Origin: a virus
Lineage: Duplodnaviria > Caudoviricetes
IMG/VR virus record: IMGVR_UViG_3300005611_000102
Coordinates: 1-34,942 of that record
Length of the DNA stretch: 34,942 nucleotides
Reading direction: 5' to 3' (one strand)
Under the pieces are notes generated by a model. It was given only the letters and a program-made list of their open reading frames with translations. It had not been told where the DNA came from and did no database searches. Positions 8,165-14,080 of this stretch are shown here, piece by piece. Every line of letters begins with the position of its first letter. The stretch's first letter is position 1. The position numbers and the translations under genes are program-made.

Positions 8165-8238
8165 AGTGATACTTAGCGGCCCGAAAGGGTTGTCCAAAGA
8201 AAAGGATAGGCCAAATCTGTCGTGCCTATCCTTTTTTT
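8165..8238 (+). ncRNA. candidate small RNA (about 70-75 nt)
   Basis: No ORF between promoter and terminator; GCGGCCC-GAAA-GGGUUGU hairpin (8176-8193) whose G-U pairs work only on the + strand. Confidence 0.4.
8200..8238. terminator. bidirectional rho-independent terminator
   Basis: AAAAGGATAGGC/GCCTATCCTTTT stem with T7 run and upstream A-run, between convergent genes. Confidence 0.8.
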
Positions 8239-8242
8239 GTAT

Positions 8243-9130
8243 CTACTTAATACCAGCTAGAATGTGCGCCACTACGTCCACAGTCCAGCCATTGCCCAGC
8301 ATCCGGTAGCGTTGTGAATTGCTGACGCCTTCTGTGTAGTTATCTGGCACGGTTTGCAATCGTTCACATTCAATGGGGGTTAGCTTTCTCCAAGCTGTTT
8401 CAGAGACAGCGGTCTTTGGCTCAAGGTTGCCGCCACTAGCGGCGCACAAGCTGGGTGCTTTGCCTTCAGGGTGATAGACTCTGCGATTGTAGCCGTGGCC
8501 CTTGATGTCGGCGGCGTGACCAGCAAGGATAAGACCGCTTGCTCTCTCCTTCTGGCTTTTGTTTTTCTGCCTCTCTATAAACCTGTTAGACATCACAGTG
8601 AAGTCCTGCGGCGCATCTAGTATGTCACGCATCACCAAGCCCTTGTCTGCTGGCATGTCAAAGGGGATATTGGTCCAGTAGAGTCGGTAACGGTTCTGCG
8701 CTGAGACCAGACTGCTATTGATTGCTACAGGGGCGACGCCAAGCATCTCGCTGATGACATCTTGGCTTTCTTGTTTCATTCGGACGTTTTCCAACAAGAA
8801 CCAGCGCGGTTGCGCCTCTTTCAACAGCCGGACATATTCAAAGAACAGTTTGCTTCGAGGGTCATCAAAGTTCAGTTGCTTGCCAGCAAAGCTGAACCCT
8901 TGGCATGGACTGCCGCCGATAAGCAGGTCTATCTTCTCGCCATCGAATGTCTCAGGCCACATAACATCCTGCACATTTCCGATGTGTACAATGTCGGGCC
9001 AGTTCTTCCTGGCTATCTGTATGGCGTACTTGTCTATCTCGCTGGCAAAGTATCGGCGCGGTGTTATGCCGCACCTGTCCAGAGCAATACGCCCACAGGC
9101 CATTCCATCAAATAGTGACAATACGTTCAT
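8243..9130 (-). CDS. DNA (cytosine-5)-methyltransferase
   Basis: Motif I (LSLFDG), IV (GGSPCQGFS), VI (LENV), VIII (Q.R.R), X (LGNGW). Confidence 0.95.
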   Translation of the reverse strand: MNVLSLFDGMACGRIALDRCGITPRRYFASEIDKYAIQIARKNWPDIVHIGNVQDVMWPETFDGEKIDLLIGGSPCQGFSFAGKQLNFDDPRSKLFFEYVRLLKEAQPRWFLLENVRMKQESQDVISEMLGVAPVAINSSLVSAQNRYRLYWTNIPFDMPADKGLVMRDILDAPQDFTVMSNRFIERQKNKSQKERASGLILAGHAADIKGHGYNRRVYHPEGKAPSLCAASGGNLEPKTAVSETAWRKLTPIECERLQTVPDNYTEGVSNSQRYRMLGNGWTVDVVAHILAGIK

Positions 9131-9151
9131 AGTTTCCCTCCATTTTCTGTA

Positions 9152-9181
9152 TTGACAGAGTTATCCACAGGTGATTAAAAT
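9152..9181 (+). promoter_or_regulatory. putative sigma70 promoter with a DnaA box in its spacer
   Basis: TTGACA (9152-9157)-N18-TAAAAT (9176-9181); points antisense to the flanking - strand genes. Confidence 0.6.
9161..9169 (+). promoter_or_regulatory. perfect DnaA box TTATCCACA
   Basis: Exact consensus 9-mer in an intergenic region. Confidence 0.7.
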
Positions 9182-9187
9182 CGCGTA

Positions 9188-9362
9188 GCGACCACGCAAA
9201 GCATCGCAGCAATCCACTGCTGTGATGCAGTCGCAGTGAAAGAACAAAATCTTTTGATATAAAAAAAGAAGCACAGCTACAAAGCAATGCACTGATGCAC
9301 AGCTATACTGCAATGCAATGCTACATAGCACTGCATTGCGTTTTTCTTTTTTATTTTGTTTT
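9188..9362. repeat. candidate replication origin / structured RNA: hairpins, 26-bp tandem repeats, A- and T-tracts
   Basis: GCATCGCAGCA/TGCTGTGATGC stem (9201-9228); GCACAGCTA....GCAATGCA repeated at 9271 and 9297; GCAATGCA..TGCATTGC hairpin (9310-9339) followed by T-tract. Confidence 0.55.
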
Positions 9363-9536
9363 TTATCTTTCATCCAGTTCTATTGCCTGCAATAGCAGTT
9401 CGACTGTGCGGTTGATTGGCACCTCTTCTGATTCATAGTACCGGATGGTGCGCGGTGACAGGCCCAGCTTCTTGGCAAACTCAGCTTGTGAGTAGCCAAG
9501 GAACTCGCGCCTTTCTCTGAAATCTTTACCTGTCAT
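9363..9536 (-). CDS. XRE/Cro-like HTH transcriptional regulator
   Basis: FRERRE.LG.SQAEFAKKLGLS.RTI.YYE. Confidence 0.9.
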   Translation of the reverse strand: MTGKDFRERREFLGYSQAEFAKKLGLSPRTIRYYESEEVPINRTVELLLQAIELDER

Positions 9537-9721
9537 TACTCGCTCCAATCTGCCCACTTTGTCGATACAGTGTCCTGCTCATATGTTTCAGGCCATTCAT
9601 CAACCACGGTTGTGAACATCTCGTGAGCCGTCCGCTCTGCATTGTCTACGCTGTCAGCTTTGACATGAATCGTCTTTGTCAGGGATGCGCGGATTGTCAC
9701 CGCATAATCTTTTTGTTCCAT
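9536..9721 (-). CDS. hypothetical early protein
   Basis: GGAGG RBS; coupled to the XRE gene. Confidence 0.75.
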   Translation of the reverse strand: MEQKDYAVTIRASLTKTIHVKADSVDNAERTAHEMFTTVVDEWPETYEQDTVSTKWADWSE

Positions 9722-9723
9722 AG

Positions 9724-9948
9724 CTAGTCCTCCAAGCCCATAGGTTCACTGCCCATCCAATGCGGCTCTGTTGCCTCCTCGATGCGGCCTATGCCGCCGC
9801 AATAGAAGTTCTCCGCGCTGATAGTCTGCACCTTTTGCAGCAGAGCTTGTGCGTCCTCTCTGCTCTTTACTATTTGATAGGTGTCTTTGCTTGTCGGTTC
9901 TCCGCTGACACCAGCATCGAACTTCAGTGTGTAAAATACTGCGTACAT
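9724..9948 (-). CDS. hypothetical early protein
   Basis: AGGAGG RBS; 74 aa. Confidence 0.75.
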   Translation of the reverse strand: MYAVFYTLKFDAGVSGEPTSKDTYQIVKSREDAQALLQKVQTISAENFYCGGIGRIEEATEPHWMGSEPMGLED

Positions 9949-9966
9949 CTCTATGCCTCCTCTCTG

Positions 9967-10023
9967 TCAGGCAGTGAGGGGCAGCACCGCGCTGCCCCTT
10001 TCTCTGCTAGCTGCTTTTGCCAT
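9967..10023 (-). CDS. candidate mini-ORF / leader peptide MAKAASRERGSAVLPLTA (18 aa)
   Basis: Strong AGGAGGG RBS and the same leader motif as gene 10780-11115; contains a 9-bp GC hairpin (9977-9999). Confidence 0.4.
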   Translation of the reverse strand: MAKAASRERGSAVLPLTA

Positions 10024-10132
10024 TGTACAACCCTCCTATGGTTATGGCGTTATCGGTGACACTATGCCACCGCATAGACTGCCGCCATGCGGCAAGCTAT
10101 GCAGGGGCAGGGCCATTGCTGGCCCGTGCCTG

Positions 10133-10315
10133 CTAGTTTGCTTCCAACACTGCGAGCGGATAACAAAACTCTGCCAGACCTTCGCGCCAATCTGCGGCGG
10201 TGTAGTCCTGCCATTCCTCTGAGCGGTCTCTGTTTATCTCATCCAAAATTGCCGGAATCGTCATTAGCCGCTTTTGGCCTGTCTCTATGTCAATTATCGT
10301 GTATTTTTTCTGCAT
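10133..10315 (-). CDS. hypothetical early protein
   Basis: AGGAGGG RBS; EINRDRSEEW.DY...DWREG motif. Confidence 0.75.
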   Translation of the reverse strand: MQKKYTIIDIETGQKRLMTIPAILDEINRDRSEEWQDYTAADWREGLAEFCYPLAVLEAN

Positions 10316-10422
10316 TGTTTTTCCCTCCTATGCCATTTATGGCGATTCAAAGCCCATACAGGGCCGGTGATGCCTGGCAGGTGGTTTTTACCTGCCAAGC
10401 GGTTAAAGCCTGTCAGTGGCCT

Positions 10423-10551
10423 TTATAGGCCGATAAAATAGGCGAATAACTGCCAAAGCCATGCCTCGGCCCCCATCAAGCCCCATATGACTAGGCCCAT
10501 AAGTATGATGAACAGAATGTTCGCGCATATCTCGGTTGTTTGCTCGGTCAT
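10423..10551 (-). CDS. small membrane peptide (42 aa)
   Basis: MTEQTTEICANILFIILMGLVIWGLMGAEAWLWQLFAYFIGL; GGAGG RBS; below ORF-track cutoff. Confidence 0.65.
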   Translation of the reverse strand: MTEQTTEICANILFIILMGLVIWGLMGAEAWLWQLFAYFIGL

Positions 10552-10552
10552 G

Positions 10553-10768
10553 TTACTGCCTCCGCATGAATGGCTTGCAATACTTGTTGAAGAACGCACG
10601 TTCTAGGCGTTTGTACTTTGTAGGGCGTCCGCCTCGGTACTGGTCAAGCCACCGTCTGCCGTTCTTATCGGTGGTGGCGTATCGCCGCGCCAGCCAAGCA
10701 TTGATTGCCAAGAAGCGGTCTGCATTGCGCTGTGCGTCATCCGCTGTAATTGTGAAGTATGGTTTCAT
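10553..10768 (-). CDS. basic hypothetical early protein
   Basis: AGGAGG RBS before ATG 10768. Confidence 0.75.
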   Translation of the reverse strand: MKPYFTITADDAQRNADRFLAINAWLARRYATTDKNGRRWLDQYRGGRPTKYKRLERAFFNKYCKPFMRRQ

Positions 10769-10779
10769 TGTGTTGCCTC

Positions 10780-11115
10780 CTACTTGCTCGCCCATAATTC
10801 AGCCAATGCGTCATCTAGGCCTAGCGCATCATCATAGTAATACGCCTCCGCTCTATCGGACCACCAATAGCCCTCAATGGTTTTGGTGCGTGTATTAATC
10901 CAAATATTAGGGCCGCCATAGGCGACCAGCACCCTTGCCCCTAAGTATTCGCCATGGCTGCTGACGGTGTACTCTATGTCAAGCGCATCCGACAAATAAT
11001 CATAGGCGTTGCACGGTTCATCATTGTCGTGCGTTTCGTATTCGCCTGAATTGATTTGGTCTGCAATGTGTTTGCATTGCTGAAACAGCTGTTCTTGTGT
11101 GTTAATCTTTGCCAT
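10780..11115 (-). CDS. hypothetical early protein (acidic, GGPNIW motif)
   Basis: AGGAGGG RBS; 111 aa; lies immediately downstream of the hammerhead. Confidence 0.85.
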   Translation of the reverse strand: MAKINTQEQLFQQCKHIADQINSGEYETHDNDEPCNAYDYLSDALDIEYTVSSHGEYLGARVLVAYGGPNIWINTRTKTIEGYWWSDRAEAYYYDDALGLDDALAELWASK

Positions 11116-11146
11116 TGCGTAACCCTCCTATAATGGCGTTTCTGAT

Positions 11147-11209
11147 GGCCTCATCAGTACCGGCCTCACCGGTAGACCAAGCCCGATATTATCGGGCAAG
11201 GTTTCGGCC
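11147..11209 (-). ncRNA. type II hammerhead ribozyme
   Basis: Minus strand reads GGCC-GAAAC-C-UU-GCCCGAU-AAU-AUCGGGC-UU-G-GUC^-UACCGG-UGAGG-CCGGUA-CUGAUGA-GGCC: complete catalytic core, closed stems I and III, open 4-bp stem II. Confidence 0.9.
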
Positions 11210-11436
11210 TAGTTAATTGTTGCCGCAAAGTCTGGTTTGGTTGCCATATCAACCTTGCCAATGCGCCAATCTCGTACAGTGTCAAGCTGGCCCTGGTCTA
11301 TCTTTGATTGCCAGTACTTAATAACGGCCTCAGCTTGCGCCAGGGTGTGGATGTAATCGCCATTCACAGTTTCGATTAAAAGCGATTCCAGCTTGTCGGT
11401 GGCGTACTTGCCCCATATTACGTAGTGGTGTGTCAT
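11209..11436 (-). CDS. hypothetical early protein
   Basis: GGAGG RBS before ATG 11436; its TAG stop overlaps hammerhead stem II. Confidence 0.75.
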   Translation of the reverse strand: MTHHYVIWGKYATDKLESLLIETVNGDYIHTLAQAEAVIKYWQSKIDQGQLDTVRDWRIGKVDMATKPDFAATIN

Positions 11437-11438
11437 GA

Positions 11439-11615
11439 TTAAGCCCTCCGGTTTTTTGTTGCTGTCAGATACACGATAGACGATAGGCCTTCGCCCTCTG
11501 CATAAATCCATTTCGCGGCGTGTGCTGAGCTTGCGCGGACATATGCACCGTTGCGTGTGCCACGATAGCTGACAAAGAATAGCGGTTCTGTGTTGTATTT
11601 TGTTTGATATGACAT
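11439..11615 (-). CDS. hypothetical early protein (first gene of the early operon)
   Basis: GGGAG RBS before ATG 11615; 58 aa. Confidence 0.7.
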   Translation of the reverse strand: MSYQTKYNTEPLFFVSYRGTRNGAYVRASSAHAAKWIYAEGEGLSSIVYLTATKNRRA

Positions 11616-11652
11616 TGTGCAATACTCCCGAATTGCGTTGTTGATAGGTCCG

Positions 11653-11680
11653 ATATAGGCAAGCATTGCCGCCCTGTCAA
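11653..11680 (-). promoter_or_regulatory. early sigma70 promoter
   Basis: Minus strand TTGACA-N16-CTATAT (i.e. GTTGAC-N17-CTATAT), near-perfect alphaproteobacterial consensus, with an upstream AT-rich tract. Confidence 0.75.
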
Positions 11681-11843
11681 CACATAAAAAGCACTTAATG
11701 TAAAAAAAGTTTACAGCAACGCGAGCTGGTGTATATATTATAAAGCATTGGAAACATTGGAGCGGAATGGGTTGGGGCATATCTCACAACACACAACACG
11801 TTGTCGCGTTCCCCGCGTGCATTGTATGCCGAGCCTATCACAG

Positions 11844-11880
11844 TGTGGCAAAAATGCAACAGTGTGGCAGCCAGGCAACA
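11844..11880. promoter_or_regulatory. tandem quasi-palindromic operator-like sites
   Basis: TGTGGCA-AAAA-TGCAACA and TGTGGCA-GCCA-GGCAACA at a 19-bp period, upstream of terS. Confidence 0.45.
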
Positions 11881-11999
11881 GTACAAGGCATGGGGGGGGT
11901 CTCGCGGCACCGTCACCCCCAGCAGGCGCGGCCACTCTACATATGTGTTAATTGCCCCTGCAAAACACACAGACTAAACACACAGCCTACGGAGCAAAC

Positions 12000-12377
12000 A
12001 TGACGAAGCTAACGAAGTTCACAACCCAGCAGATACTCAGCGACCTTGCTGACGGCTACACGATGGTCGATGCTTGCAAGAAAGCTGGCATTACCAGACA
12101 GGCTTTGTACAAGCGCATGAAGGGCAATGCAGAGCTAGACGCTTCTGTGCGCATTGCGCAACAGTACAGCGCTGAGAAGGCTCTTGAGGAGCTTGATAAG
12201 CTGTACGATGATGCTTTGAACAAAGTGAAAGACTATGACCCGCATGTATTGCGTGACTATGCGCATCATGTGCGCTGGAAGGTGCAGAAGATTATACCGG
12301 AGCGCTATGGTGAGCAGAAGAACAAGGCTGGCGTTGAGGTGACTGACGGCGGTATTCGCATCATGTGGGAAAGCTAA
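12000..12377 (+). CDS. terS: terminase small subunit
   Basis: N-terminal HTH, RW.....P..YG motif, GGAG RBS, directly upstream of TerL. Confidence 0.8.
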   Translation: MTKLTKFTTQQILSDLADGYTMVDACKKAGITRQALYKRMKGNAELDASVRIAQQYSAEKALEELDKLYDDALNKVKDYDPHVLRDYAHHVRWKVQKIIPERYGEQKNKAGVEVTDGGIRIMWES

Positions 12378-13663
12378 TGAACGTCAAGATACCTTACAAG
12401 CCTCGTGCGCTCCAAGCTGAGATGCACAGCAGCTTGAAGCGCTGGAACGTCTTAGTGATGCACAGGCGCTTTGGCAAGACTGTATTTGCGGTAAATCATT
12501 TAATTAAACACGCACTCACTTGTGAGCTACCAAGGCCCAGAGTTGCGTTCATTGCGCCTACCTTTACGCAGGCCAAGCGGATTGCTTGGGATTATGTGAA
12601 GTATTACGCGTCCGTGATTCCTGGCGTTTCTTTCAATGAGACTGAACTCAGGGTGGACTTTCCTAATGGCGGCAGGCTGATGCTATTGTCTGCTGAGAAC
12701 CCTGATGCCTTGCGCGGTATTTATCTGGATATGGCTATCTTCGATGAATTTGGTATGCAGAATCCGAGGGTATGGGGGGAGGTTGTAAGACCGGCCCTGT
12801 CTGACAGAGAGGGTGCGGCTATTTTTCTTGGCACCCCAGCCGGACATAATCATTTTTTTGACCTTCTGGAGCAAGCCCGTTCAGAGATGGAGAATGGTTC
12901 CGACCAGTGGTACTGGAAGGTTGTGAAGGCCAGCGAGAGTGGGCTGGTGAAGGATGTCGAGCTAGATGCTGCTCGTGTGCAGATGACGCCTGAGCAGTAT
13001 GAGCAGGAGTACGAGTGTTCCTTCACGGCGGCAATTATTGGGGCGTATTACGGCAAGTTAATGGCTGAGGCTGATGATGAGGGGCGGATTACGCGGGTTC
13101 CATATGACCCAGCCTATCCGGTGCATACGGCTTGGGATTTAGGCGTGAACGACTCAACAGCCATTTGGTTTGCTCAGGTGTTCCGTGGTGGCGCGGTTAA
13201 TGTGATTGATTATTACGAAAACGGTGGTGTAGGCCTCGACCATTACGCTGATGTTATAAATAGGAAGGATTACACTTATGGCGACCACTTGGCTCCGCAT
13301 GACATTGAGGTGCGTGAGCTTGGCAGTGGCAAGTCGAGGTTAGAGACTGCTGCGACGCTTGGATTAAGGTTTAAGGTAGTTCCTAAGATGAAGGTAGCGG
13401 ATGGCATTAATGCTGCGCGTATGTTATTACCTAAATGCTACTTTGACAGAGATAAGTGTGTGACGGGCATTGAGATGTTGCGTCAATACAGGCAGGAATG
13501 GGATGAGCGTAGAAAAATGTTTAGAGACCATCCGAGGCATGATTTCACAAGTCATGCAGCAGATGCGTTTAGGTATCTTGCTGTTGGCCTCGAAAATCGA
13601 CAGCGCCTTACAAAGCCTCCGCAATCGGTTGCACAAATGGAGTACAATCCTTTCACGCTATGA
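12377..13663 (+). CDS. terL: terminase large subunit
   Basis: HRRFGKT Walker A, LRG....AIFDE Walker B, GTP motif, AWDLG..D nuclease, HAADAFRY. Confidence 0.95.
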   Translation: MNVKIPYKPRALQAEMHSSLKRWNVLVMHRRFGKTVFAVNHLIKHALTCELPRPRVAFIAPTFTQAKRIAWDYVKYYASVIPGVSFNETELRVDFPNGGRLMLLSAENPDALRGIYLDMAIFDEFGMQNPRVWGEVVRPALSDREGAAIFLGTPAGHNHFFDLLEQARSEMENGSDQWYWKVVKASESGLVKDVELDAARVQMTPEQYEQEYECSFTAAIIGAYYGKLMAEADDEGRITRVPYDPAYPVHTAWDLGVNDSTAIWFAQVFRGGAVNVIDYYENGGVGLDHYADVINRKDYTYGDHLAPHDIEVRELGSGKSRLETAATLGLRFKVVPKMKVADGINAARMLLPKCYFDRDKCVTGIEMLRQYRQEWDERRKMFRDHPRHDFTSHAADAFRYLAVGLENRQRLTKPPQSVAQMEYNPFTL

Positions 13664-14079
13664 TGATAAATAACGATTTCCATTACGACACTGCGCATTT
13701 AATGATGCAACACAGCCCGTATCATATGGGTTATAGTCGCGTTGAGCGCATGACGTATATTGACCCGCCCTTGTCTATGGGCAATTACATCTTTGGTGTT
13801 GATGCTGAAGGTGTGCCGTACTTGTTTGCAACCTGGGCGTTTCCTGAGAAGAAACATATTGATGAATATTTGGAAACAAATCAGTTCCCACCTGCCGCTT
13901 GGCGTGGTGATGGCGATAGTCCTTGGATTGTTGATTTTATCTGTTTTGGGGGCAAGCGGGGCATATTAGAGGGCTTTCGCTCTTTGAAAGACATTTTTAT
14001 GGAAATGGGCTATAGTGACTGCTATTGGCTAAGAACGGAAACCGGAAAGCTGGGTTTCCACAAATTGAAGGAGAATTAA
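13660..14079 (+). CDS. HlyC/RTX toxin-activating lysine acyltransferase-like protein
   Basis: SPYH (cf. HlyC SPLH), PPL..GNY, FATWAF, W...GD.PWIVDFICFGG match the family pattern as recalled. Confidence 0.65.
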   Translation: MMINNDFHYDTAHLMMQHSPYHMGYSRVERMTYIDPPLSMGNYIFGVDAEGVPYLFATWAFPEKKHIDEYLETNQFPPAAWRGDGDSPWIVDFICFGGKRGILEGFRSLKDIFMEMGYSDCYWLRTETGKLGFHKLKEN

Positions 14080-14080
14080 G

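Noticed and set aside
9271-9339. Mini-CRISPR array
   Set aside because: The 26-bp units are contiguous and degenerate with no unique spacers, and there are no cas genes
9161-9373. 70-aa Cys-rich ORF on the - strand
   Set aside because: Its composition follows from the T-tracts and TGCA repeats, and it has no clear RBS; better explained as a non-coding origin/RNA locus, though not fully excluded
10052-10102. Second canonical hammerhead
   Set aside because: Stems and GUC are present but CUGANGA and GAAA are absent; kept only as an unexplained structured element
11695-12003. Several 65-91 aa ORFs in the gap upstream of terS
   Set aside because: They overlap on both strands with no RBS and atypical composition; the region looks regulatory
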